Source: Raillietiella orientalis (lineage: Eukaryota). From it: a DNA stretch of 64,000 nt. The notes under the pieces were generated by a model. That model had not been told where the DNA came from. It made no database searches and saw nothing but the letters and a program-made list of their open reading frames with translations. The DNA lies in the NCBI GenBank assembly GCA_036172245.1, contig JAYWIR010000001.1, positions 7,006,001 to 7,070,000 of the forward strand, read 5' to 3'. The position numbers and the translations under genes were made by a program. Of the stretch, positions 38,450-50,749 are shown piece after piece; the stretch's first letter is position 1, and the number at the start of each line of letters is the position of its first letter.

Positions 38450-41400
38450 TACAGTGCAATTTCCAGCAATATTTTGGTGGCTAGTCTGTGTTCCAAATCC
38501 ATCAGCTTTACAGCACGAAATTTTTCTGACTACTGTTTTTTGAGTGTTAGTTTGTTATTAATGCTCCATTTTGCATAATTCAGATTAGTATCAATTATTA
38601 ATTAAAGTAGAGCTCCTTCTGTGCTATTGTCAGTATCTTCACGGTCATGTCCTATAATATTGCATTAATATTTCATTTGAAAGGATATCTCTCAGATGCA
38701 TTAAGTGATAATCTATACGAAGTTCTTAGTATTTATTGTTTTCAACAGTATCTGCTAGTTGCAGAATGTTTGCTCCATGCCAACACGCATTCTAATATGC
38801 AAAATATGGTGTCCTCATGTAATTGTTCCAGCATGAATACAACCGTAGGTTTAAACCAGATTTTGCTTCAGTACGTGTAATACTAGGATTTTAGTTTTCC
38901 TGAGATAAAAATTATGCTTTTTTTGCCCTAGGTATTGTTAATAGAGATTAAGCACATTGTAGCTATCCGAACCCAGATTACAACGTTGCATTCTCAACAG
39001 ATTTTATTTAAAAAATGCATAGATAGTAATTTTGATTGTACTCATTGATCCTAGGGTGCGTTAAATATAAGGATTTGGCAATTTGGATTTTGTGCTTTTT
39101 AATCTCATTAAATGTGAAAGATTACTAATAAGCTTAAGGGATAGAAATGATGGCTTATGGAAATAATCTTGGTGTGAAACTATACACCAGGATATTGCAA
39201 TGACAGCTATATTTCTTAGTGTTTTTGTATTTACTGATTAGTATAAAACTAAATCAGTAAATACAAAATGAAATCAAAAAAAAACATTGGCTAGCCAATA
39301 TCATGATTGTAGAAGAACTGTTGTTAAAATATGTAATGACTGTACATTTGTAAATGTAAACAACTAGGTTTAACTGCTTGAATAATGAGTGCAACAGTGA
39401 CTCGACTGCCTAAACCCAAAATGAGGGGACTTCTAACATCATATCTTAGAGTCCAAATAACTCTATCCTTACTTTTCGCAACATCAGGAGGCTTCCTGTA
39501 CAAGAAACTAGTGTATGATAAGCGAAAAAAAGCATATGCAGACTATCGCAAGTGAGTAAAATATACAGCATTTGTGGGTAATAGTCAAGTTTCAGAAACA
39601 ACGATCCTGATGAAATATATGAGCGAATGAAGAAACTGGGCATATTTGAGAAAAATTTTGGACGACCTATAGATGAATAATATGAACTAATATATAATAC
39701 AGTAGAACTTTTTAATGCATATACATTGTACATGTATTCATTTATGTTGAAGATTGACGATATTTACTAATATCCATCAGTTGTTTTCCACACATAGCAC
39801 AAATTCCTTTTTTATAAGCACAACTCTGACAGTAATGGGCACCAACTTGATGTACCTTTTGTCGACATATACGGCACTGACGAAATTCCTGTGTGCCAGC
39901 ATAAAATCTAGCTCTCTTAGCAGTTAACAACTTATTCTCATTGACTTTACGACCTCCACTTTCAGTTGTATTTCGTGCTCCACTTTTCCAAGGATCTGGT
40001 GTGATAACTTTGCCCAACTTGTGTTCACATTTTTCGCAGACCATAATTAATGCAGAAGAAATGACTTTAAGGAGACAAGTGATTACATCTCAAACAACAG
40101 CTTCACAGATTTGCACAGCACAGCTGAAACAGAATGTTTAAGTCATTCCGCAGAACACAACCTCATAAGCGGAAAAGCAATCCACTTACACAAAAGTTGA
40201 CACTATTTACATGAACGGATTTTTCAATTGCGTGCAAGACTAAGTAACAAGAACTTATGCTCAGCTAATACATTAGATCTTAAACGACAGATCACTTAAG
40301 CCACCTTCCCAAAAATTTAGGTAAGAGATAAATCAAGTACCTGTGTTCAAGCACTTAATTCACACACTTCCATTGCAAGTTAAAGAAATGAATAAAACCT
40401 AGTATCAGTGATGCCAAGGATTTCTTCAGAGATATTCTGAAAAATTAAACAAACAAAAAATTCATGTAATAAATTTATATATCAATAAACCTCATAGGTA
40501 AATCAAAAGTCATTAGTAATAAGGAAAATTATGCGCCAAGAATTTCATTTACAAATATGTAGGCATGCCTGAATGGATGATATAATGACTTCATTCTACG
40601 TTGTCTCATCAGCAATCTCTCCTGCTATCCAACATAGATATGGAGACTCTCCATTGTCATTTAAATAGCGAAGTTGTGCTTCTGATTTCAGAAAACTTAA
40701 TTCAAGAATATGAAATCGTTTTTATTACATTTTTACAGACTTTAAATAATATTTAGAATATTTACCTTCGGTGAAAATGGATGAAAATTCTGCAATGTGG
40801 AAAATGATTTCGGATATTTACTGCTTTCAGATGATAAACGTATAGATTGGTAGCTCCAAATTTATACTTTACACGAAATAAGGTATTCTGATCACTTTTA
40901 TTTAGAAAGGCAACTCAAGTACAAATTTATAACATTGTAACACGTGTGCTAAACTAATGTTTTTAATAATTTTGTCAATTATAAGAAGCTGATTTCCGTA
41001 ATTAAAAGTAAACTGACGTATAGCAGCTTGACCACCAAGTAAATTATTTAAACCCAAGAAAACAATCAAGTTTTCCAAAGTAAGCACGCAGCAAAAAATT
41101 TCATAATCAGAAAACGTAAAAAGTATATATATTTATTTAATGTATTGTCAATATATACAATTAATTTCTCTCTATGGATTTCTAAATGCATAATGATTCG
41201 AAAATCATGGCTACAAATTCAAAATCACTAAAATGCTTTTCATATTTTTTTTTGCTCAAGGCACTTTCTTGATCATGTTTTGAAAATTTCGCAAAAATCC
41301 TTGAAAATTTAGTATCTCCAATTCTATGTCTCTTTGTATAGATAGCAACACGCACGAATTGCTTATTACAACATGGATATATTTGTAATGGAAGAATACA

Positions 41401-44400
41401 AAATGGAATTGTAGTTAGAGAATTGAAAGGATTCAACAAAAGCACTCTAGACTCGTACAACCTTCTTCAAGTATGATGGATTAAAGAAATTCGTAATTTG
41501 CATAGTATATTCGCACACTTATCTCGTTCACTACGGGTACTAACATTCCCAAAGGTTATGAACAAGAAAATAATCTGTGGACACTAATGTGCAGTCTTCA
41601 CTTTGTTGAGTTTTACTAGTCTCAGTTGGGAGTCCGTTGAAATTTTTCAGTTTTAGTGCTTACCAGAATGAACAAACGTGTAGATTTACAAAAATTCTAA
41701 TGTCTTACTCTTACAGAAGAAAGCATCTTATTAAAGAAAATGTGAATTGTGAAACACTTAATGGAATTGATGTCTTTAGAAAGTATCATTACAGTACCAC
41801 CACACTTGCAATCCCAATATAAACAAATTCAAGATACAAGATACATTCAATTTCCGCAGAAAACATTTCCAAAACATCTTGGGTTTGTGAATTGTTTAAT
41901 TTGTCGTACAGAAATGGAATAGCAAAATTCACATACAAATTATCCATTACTGCCTCAAATATTTGAGAACACAGATATAGTTTACACGGAATGCACACTT
42001 ATTTCGCACTTATTTAAGCAAGTTATAGAAGATTTAAAGGTCTTCCATGTCAGCAATTTCTCTTTTAAGATTGACGAAAGCTATAGAGAAAAAGATGGCC
42101 ACTTCAGTCAATTGAATTGAATTGATTTCAATTGATTTCAAGTTCGAATTGTGTCAAAAGCTTGGAGAAATAATAATTTTCCTAGTAGTAAAATACAGGA
42201 TATATTTGGCAAAGGAATAATTGTTCGACGTATTTTCAGTTGCAAAGTGTTCATGCTACACAAAAGTATTTCTAGGATAAGAATAAACGAAAAGAAAAAG
42301 CTAGCAATTCCTTGATTCCACAGACAAAATAAAAATGTATGACTGATGGTCAGGAGTTATTTCCACATTTGAATTCATTCCATTTGAATATATTCGTCTG
42401 CCGAGTATTATACTAGTTCTGTAGCATGAAAAGAAAAAATGAATCATTTTCCAGCATTTTGATAATTGAGATCGATATTCCTTAATAGATATTTAACATA
42501 ACATACTTTGACTTTTGAGAGATCGTTTGCGAAAGACTGATGAAATGCTAAGGTATTTTTTTTTTTGCTAGAAAAATACCTTTATTTTGTCTCAATAGAT
42601 CAAACAAGGGGCTTAGCTGTATCCCTAAATTTGAAAACTTCCTTTAATAGCTACCTAGCAATCTTGCACATACAAAAAAAATTACAGTAAGCTTACTAAA
42701 TTCTCAAAATTTGAAACATCTTCTACTGCTATGGAGGAATATGATTTTAGATGTAATCATATCCTTTACTTATACCACAAATATTCCCATATTGAATTGG
42801 ATATTCGTTCTTGGATGGAGACTAATAACAAATGAATAGTATTTTACAGAATTATTTTCATGCTTTGTACTTTCCATCGATCTTCTATAAAATCCCCATT
42901 TGTTCCTTCGTTTTTATTGGCTTCATGCAAAATTTTCAGTTTCTTCGCTTAGCATAATCCAGACCAAAATGCTTCTAAAAAGAGCCATGCAATCTCTTAC
43001 ATGATGCCATAGATAGTTTTATCCCTGAACCTTGGTTATCGTTCAAACTAAATGAAATTATGCTTATAAGCCATGATAAAGACACCCTAATCAACTAGTC
43101 CTATCGATAAATTCCAGTCATTAATTTGAATCATTCCTCAATCAGATAAATTTTATTTCATTTGATGAATGAGTAACTTTACAAATTAAGAAGAAAATCA
43201 GTTAGAGCAGCGCAAAAAGATGTTAAATATTCTTGTCAAAAATAACTTATTTCCCTATCATTTTTGGCAACTATATCCAACATTATGGACAATTGCAGAA
43301 TTCTTAGTAATGCTTCTAGTAATTTACGCAGTTATATGTCTGTATACAACATCACTGAAATAGCAAAAAACAAAAATCTGATTTCCCTGCAGAAAGTGAA
43401 ATATATAAAATTATGTTGACGAGACGTTTGTTCAGAGAACCTTAGTTTGAAGTTCTGATCAGATTTAGATCACATCAGATTGGAAACAGTTTTTAGGAAA
43501 ACTAAACACATAGTATTCGAAAAATTGTAACGACTAGCAAACCAAGCATATTAAAAAATAAAAAGGTATCTAATATGAAAATAGTAATTCATAATTCTAC
43601 CGCACAATAAAATTCCAATGTAACTCCGAGAATAGATAAGATTCTAGCACAAATAAGCAGCCTATAGGGAACACTTGATGACCCCTGAAACCTACAAATG
43701 AAAAAACTGTAATTAGAAAGATGAATGGTTTGAGCAAATCGATTGCTTTGAAAACTGAAAATTGGAATGATCAATTTTCTCAAAAATAATTGTTGTACCG
43801 AGAGAAGAATGTGTAGAACTTGCTTATATTGTGATAAATTGTTCACCTCTTTCTTTTCTTCTTCAACGTTAAATGATTTATTTCAATCCAATTATCAATA
43901 TATATGTGTATTTTTACGTGGAATGGCAGGTATTTCATCGAAAGAATCTACGATTGGGATTACGATTATAAGTATCAGCAGTACGATGTGTAATTGAGGT
44001 TTTTCTCAGTTTTTGGTTAATAAGAATGCGTAATTTATATACAGTAAATTTTTAATGCACTAGACAATCTGCTTCAATACACTTCAATACAACTACTGCT
44101 TATTGCATAATTTTATTTAAAAATGAACTTTACATTAAAATATTTGGCATCATCATTTGATTCAAATGCAGCCAATGATCGTTCTATGCAGCGCGATGTT
44201 TCAATTAAATATGTAAGATTTGTGTCGCACTGAAATTTCCTTTGTAAGATTTGGATAGAAATGAAAAATTTCGTGAGCAATTCCCCGTGATCCAAAGCCC
44301 GCTAAAATACATCATGTTATCATGACTGAAAAACTTCTTGTATTTAAAAGAGATATTGCAGCTCAACTGGAAAAGTTGGATTTTTCGAAGTTAAACCAAT

Positions 44401-44600
44401 CCACCCTACAGGAATTTGAAAAAGGTATGGCTGTGGGATTCGATCGAAAATTTTTCATAATCGAATGCGAATAAGAAAACGTAATTATGAATAATTTTCA
44501 ATTGCGTTTGGGTTTACCAACCTATAAATTTTGATATTTATGACACCAGATCTACTGAAGCTTGCACGTTATGACCAGAAACAAAGTAGAAGCCATGCAT
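38450..44600 (-). pseudogene. MEI1: MEI1-like (meiotic double-strand-break factor) unprocessed pseudogene, possibly two partial copies
   Basis: Several translated blocks resemble recalled human MEI1: FQGSSSVPYRLL..ILSILGVTLEFY (FEHLSSSSEVLVW..LLVEEPLFF), LRKLLEALL (LQALLEAML), NFAIPFLYDKLNNSQTQDVLEMF ([23 protein letters not shown]), LGLNNLL (IGLQNLL), LFLKLDYYPQMLYILL (LFQLLRSIPSILLILL). Many stops and frameshifts; residual splice sites. Confidence 0.6.
39742..40044 (-). CDS. CRIPT: Cysteine-rich PDZ-binding protein CRIPT, intronless, 100 aa
   Basis: MVCEKCEHKLGKVITPDPWKSGARNTTESGGRKVNENKLL...CRICRQKVHQVGAHYCQSCAYKKGICAMCGK is a full-length CRIPT with all four CxxC pairs. Confidence 0.97.
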   Translation of the reverse strand: MVCEKCEHKLGKVITPDPWKSGARNTTESGGRKVNENKLLTAKRARFYAGTQEFRQCRICRQKVHQVGAHYCQSCAYKKGICAMCGKQLMDISKYRQSST

Positions 44601-44848
44601 TAGGGCACATTTCAAAAGAAGGTATTTTTTCAAAATTTCTGTTTATATTTCAATTGTTTATAGTTGCACTGATTAAAACTTTGTACCATAACTAATTGTT
44701 TACCTAGAATTCAATTTGATTCATTAGAAAAAGTTCGCCAATTTTGAAGTGCCTTATAAGGTGTTAGGCAAAAATTGCATATTATCTAATGTATTATCTA
44801 ATATTACAATGAATTATTTTATTAAAATTTGTGCTTGAAGTGGGAGAC

Positions 44849-47800
44849 ATGGCAAGCCGTTTGGAAGAGGCATTTTCGTTGGATTTTCCAGATTTGATTG
44901 CTAATAATAATGAACAGTATTTGAAAGAGAAGTAAGTGTTAACTCTTCTGATATGCCGAAAATTGAAAGCATTCAAGTATGTACGCTTTGTTTCCGTTTT
45001 CATTGCCAAAAAATTGAGTGCCTGTTTTATTCTTACCAAAAGTAGCAATTTTTCATTTGCATTTGTTTATTATCAATATTATTTTAATTTTAAATACGGA
45101 AGTAATATGGAAGTGATCATTCCTTGCATTCTAAATGTCATCTGGGGTTGTGATAGCATGTGCATAAGTACATGTAGAATTTGATGAATTATTCAAGTAT
45201 GGGAGAGTATGAAAGAAGCCAATATTGCTCTTAGATAGTTTTTTGTTAATTAATTGCCCCATTTTCGTGGATGATATTAAACATCAATAAAAGTAATTAA
45301 TAATGCATTCAAAGAGTTCCCATGAATTAATTTGTTGATACATCAAATAGAAGAAAATGTTTATGAATATGAATTGGGAATGGCCTGAAATTCTTAAAAT
45401 AGGTATTGGTTAAGGTTGTGTTGTGGATAGTTAATAATTTAAAGGTAATTTTAACAAAATGTTAAGTTACAACATAGCATTCACAAATGTTGCTTGTTGT
45501 GTGTAGTTTTTGGTATCTTGTACAGCTGAAGTTTTGTTCTGTTATATCTCTGAATTTTTCTTCTATAGGATGTGACTGAAAAATAACTCTGAAAATCTTT
45601 ATTTATCAGGGTTTATACTAACAGACAATTTTTATTACTAAGGTTGTGTCTAACTTGTTATTGTTATGTAGAATTTATTGAAAAATTTAATTTGAATGAA
45701 TCCATTGATGTTTTTTAATGATATTGTTTTCATAGGATGCAATAAGTTTCTTTCTCATTAGCACATTTACTATGATTGCATACAAAATTTAGATAAATAG
45801 GTAGTGGTAGCAATGTTTGATAGTTGTATTTGCAGGACTAACTGTTATTGGTATCTCAGTTTATTATTCTGAACTGATTTATGATGATTTTTATTAATTG
45901 GATTATATGATGAACGTAATTCAATAGGTGATGGGATTTCTAGTAAAAACTGAAGAACAAATGGACGTAGGATGTGTAGCAATCTGTAGACACTATGAAT
46001 GTATATCTGGGATAGCACATGGTGTAAGTTAAATGAACAGAGCATGTTCTATTCTATTATGTTGCATGTATTTATGCAATATTCATGTTATACTGCATCA
46101 TCCTGGTGTGGGAATTCTATTGATGAATTGATTTATAATTCTTAGCAAGATGACTCTTAACTGAAAACCTATCTTAGTATGAGTTGATATTGTTTTTATG
46201 TAACATAAGAAAATATGTCAGTCATTTAGCCTGTAATTGCACTTACCAAAAATTTGTTCAAATAAAAATATGAAATGCATGTTAATATGTATATTCATTG
46301 CAAATTCTCCTGTTCTTCATAATCATTATGCTGAATTTAAAGTCTGGCATGGCTATCTGATTTTTTCTTGACCATCATCAAGAGCTTAGGCTGCTGAAGA
46401 AGTGAAGGGTGAAACAAACCCAAACTATGCAGAGTTCACAGTTGAGTTTCAGTCTGAGAATCAAACAGCATTTGAAGTAGCATTTCATTATTCAATCTTT
46501 CTTCACACCTTCATTTCCATTTCTATATAACTATGAGGATAAGGACGTAACTGGGTGGGAAATTCCATGTAGAAATGAATGAGATTCCATTTGTTTCAGA
46601 TTTGGTCTCACCCAGTGTGTATTCATTCTCTGAAGATTTTTCTAAATTTTATTTGAATTGTGCAAAACCATAGAATGTTTCGATTCAAATAAAAGAAACA
46701 TTCTATGGTTTTTATGCAAGGTTGACAAGTTGAGAGTTAAATTAAGTTTAATTATACGGATTTGTGCGTGAATAAGCAGCAACATGAATGCAAATATATG
46801 ATGTACAAAGTAATATAATAAAGAGAAAATGCATGGGATTTCTCCATTGTAATTGTGTGGATTTGATGATGTTTGAGGTAGCTAGTGACTGTAATAATTT
46901 CATGACTGAATAAGATAGTAGTGATATGTAGACTTAAACTTAGTACCTAATGTCAATTAGTGCATGCAATTCATTTGTGCTTATGTTTCACCGTTTTCAA
47001 ACGAGTTTTTTTGATTTATTGTTTTTGTTCACTCATATATACTTTATTAATTTTAATATAGATAGTTTGAATTATTCTTTATTAGGATGAAGCTGATTTT
47101 GGAGTCATTGCAATCAGGTGAGAATTATTTTTCCTTTTTTGAAATTTGAACATCTTGCATTTTTAGCTGCAAAGCAAAAAACAGCCAAGTCTTCCAGAAG
47201 ACATCCATTTTTGCATCCGCCAATGAAATCTCGTAAGTTGTTTGTACCTTAAATTAACTTTTCCCATAGATATTTCTGTGCCTGATGTTTATAAATGTAA
47301 GAAATGTGACCCAGTCACTCTGTTCCAACGTTATGAAGCCCATTGGAGTAATTTCAAGTTTCCTGGTGTTGATCATCATTATGATTTGCGCTGGGATGTT
47401 CGTAATCGATTAGCAAATAGACAGCCTCTTCCAAGGATCAGACCCTTACCACCTGAGGTAAACGAGTTCATTGGTTCTGTGTTAAAATTTGAGCAATTAT
47501 TATTCATATAGGTTTATTAAATGCATTTTAGTGCATTCTGTAGCATTTTTTATTTTGTTTATTTAACCCTTTTTTTTTTATTCATTCAGTTATAAAATCC
47601 TGTTGTGTAACTTTTAGATATTAGTTCCTGTACTAATATTTCAGAATAATCTTTTCAAGATACTATGAGTTGTGTAGAATTTTATGTGAATATTAGAAAT
47701 GTAATAATAGCCTATCTCTGCATAACAAGAAAAGAAAGATGCACTTTTTGCATTATGAGAGAAATGAGCTTTTTGATATGGAACAGCAAAACACACGCGT

Positions 47801-48532
47801 GATTTCTCTTTAAATGTTGATCGTTTTTGATATCACAGGATGAGTATCAAAAATGATTGAGCAACATGCCTCTTGATATAATAAAGCTTTTGTTGATTTG
47901 GCACCTTTGGTAGGATTTATTATATAATATATAAGGTGGCCAAATCAAATGAAAGTAAAGAAGTAATGGAACATTTAATTGAGGTTATTGGTCTCATGTG
48001 CATGTAATGGATGTTCCATTGATGATCTGCATGTAACATTGTTGATGTTCCAACTGATAACTTCAGTGTGAATTCAAAACCATACAATTGATTTTAAAAC
48101 ATTCATTAACTGTTTCCATGCATTTCTAAATTATAATTGGTGCATATTGACGATTTTAAACATGTTTAACGTTTAATAATTTTATAAAAACATTTTAGAT
48201 ATGAGTTAAGCTAATGCATCTAAAGAGTCAGCACTAACAGTTTGTATTAAGTTATGTTCATCAGACATATTACACTGAATAACTAGATTATGCAAATATG
48301 TATCATAAAAAATGCTCGGTATTGCAGAACACCTTTCGTTTTCAGAAAATAATTGTACTAGTCTTACAGTAGTATAAAGTGTGTAAATACGTGACTATAA
48401 TGCGAGATATTGTATATTCTACATGTTAATATTGTAATGTTCTGTTTCCAGGATGACAACCGGTGGCCATATGTGGCTAGAACACAGAAGAATCACTTTG
48501 ATACAGATGGTTTTTTTGAAAAGATCTACTAA
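44849..48532 (+). CDS. HYLS1: HYLS1 centriolar and ciliogenesis protein, 5 exons, 149 aa model
   Basis: Phase-consistent model join(44849..44931,47086..47117,47167..47232,47270..47457,48452..48532) = 450 nt. KCDPVTLFQRYEAHWSNFKFPGVDHHYDLRWDVRNRL matches the HYLS1 C-terminal box, and YVARTQK resembles YLVPTEK. Exons 1-2 are less certain. Confidence 0.85.
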
Positions 48533-50749
48533 AAAAAATGTGGACTTTCGTCGATCAAAAATCCTCGTGCTTAATAATTCCGTAGGAAATTTTCCGAAAG
48601 TTCAGATGTGCAGTTTTTTGACAAAATTTTTAGGAACTCAAAGGCGATTCGAATTTAAGAATTTATATGAAGACACTTGTTTGAGATTCCCGCTCAGTAC
48701 TTTGGAGATTCAAATTCGTTTTCTTTATTGCGCGCTGCCTTGAATTTTAAAAATCTCTGATACAAAATGTTTGGAAACATTTTTGTATCGGAAGGAAAAA
48801 GTCATTAAAATTATTTCAGTCATTGTCAGATCTTGATTCCTTCAAAATCAGCTTAATTGTAATCGTGAGTTTATCGTTTCACTGCATCAAGTGTTTATCA
48901 GTTGCGTTTGTGGATGATTCCCCCCCCCCCCCTCTCGTGTCTTTCCAAGCTATTTCACGTAATCGTCACCTCTCTCGCGCTGCTTCAAAGGCTGCGCCTC
49001 GAGTCTCCTTGTTTTGCTAGCCGGTCGCTCAGATCCTTCTGGCGGGTGACTCTCTCGGGAATTTTTTTAGTAAGCGAGTGCTGGGAGTGGAGCCAACTGT
49101 CACCATCGTGTAAGTGTTGATCTTTGATCTTGGAAAGATCACCAACATGAGGAGGGTGCGAGAGTGCGCATCGAGCAAATCGATCAAGAGCACGGAAACG
49201 GGATCGTAGTGCCAACTTTAAAATCGGAGTAATGTAATGTAACGTAAGAAGGTGTTGGAAAAACAAGTGTAGGCCGTCGGACGGTTGGCGACTGGCGCAG
49301 AACCGATGCTTCCCTATACACAAAGCGCTCAGAAGACCGAAGCGTGCCCGATGCCAGGTGCACGCTTTTTCGTCCGGAAGACCGCGAAATGCCCGCGGGT
49401 GAGGACACCACGCGATTGGAAACGTTCACAGTTTTCGTGGCTTTGAAGATTTTCGCGAGTTGAGAATGAGCGTTTTCTTGGAAGCCGCCGCCACGTCAAG
49501 GCGCAAGGTCTGTTGCTTTTCGAGAGGACTGCGAAGGATTGGATTGGCGAAGTTCGTCTCTGCTTCCAACGCTGCAGAGAGATGCACTCGCCTCCTTGTT
49601 CTGGTATTCACTTGGATGAAGGATGCAGAAACCAATTCCGTGATAAACACGGGCAACATTCAGTAGTAGTGGGCTATCTTGGGTTCCGGGAATCATAAAC
49701 ATGGGACACTTCATGTGTTTGAAAGGGCGCCAACGCGGCATTCTCCAGAAATGATCAGGGATTTAGTGATTCATTGAACGTTTCGTGATGAAGTTAATAA
49801 AAGGTCTGACCTTCTCGGGGAAAAAAAAAAAAAAAAGCAACGAAATGAAATGAAATGGTCAAATGGAAGCGATAGTCCTAGTTTCCCTTAACGGAACCTG
49901 CCCATCAGGGGAAACCAAGACTGTTGTTCCCTTGTAAGTAAAAGTTCTGTTGGTGTGGTAGCAAATGAACAGCTTAGCAGCAGTCTCCAAAGACAGTGTT
50001 CAAGGTCTGATTTTTCCCAGTGAAAGGTGAAAGGCTTTTGATGCAGGCGGAAAAGCAAAGGCTAGCATCAACCGGTCAGCATCGAATGAAGAAATGCGAA
50101 CAGTAGCGAAGGAAGCAACTGAAGTGGAAGTGGGGATGATTCGCTCTTCCTACCGCGAATTCTATTGTCTCTGCACGGCAGTTTGTGTGGATATGTGGCA
50201 GAGTGAAGGTTGATATCCGAACGTCCACGCTTTTATCTCTGTCTTCCAGTATTCGTATCATTATATATCTTTCTCGACGACGACGCAATCTCATAGATGT
50301 TGCTTGCGTTCGGGTCAGCGCAGTGGTCGCCCTGCATTTCACAAACAAACGGCTCGTGTTTTCATATCAACGTATTTGTGCACATGTCAGCTTTTGTCTC
50401 ATTTCTCATCCGATCCCTGGACAGAAGATGCTAGACTTTGGGGGGGGGGGGATACTTATGAAATCTTTAATCGTAGTCGCTTTGATGTCTGCAGAAAGTC
50501 ATACAGGTTGCTCGGAATCCCGATTGATAATTCGATGCTGCTGGAAAACGGTCAACTGAAGATGATGGTGTCGAGAGTTGATATGCTTGCATTGCAATTT
50601 TTTTCTTTTCAGAGTCATCCTTGAAACTTAGTCGTGAGATGGAAAAGACTGTAACGCGCGAATATTGTAATTTTCGGCCTTCTTTTATGCTCTGTTCATT
50701 CTAAATAACGAGGGAATCTCATTTTCTCAAGGGTGTGGAAGTGGGAATG

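Noticed and set aside
39742-39756. CRIPT ending in QSST instead of the vertebrate PDZ ligand QTSV as a sign of degeneration
   Set aside because: As recalled, some invertebrate CRIPT proteins also end in QSST.
38450-44600. Alternative genetic code or readthrough as the explanation for in-frame stops
   Set aside because: All three stop codons and frameshifts occur, while CRIPT, HYLS1 and the TOG exons translate normally in the standard code.
46388-46530. Short open stretch AAEEVKGETNPNYAEF in HYLS1 intron 1 as an extra exon
   Set aside because: No convincing phase-compatible donor and no recognisable homology.
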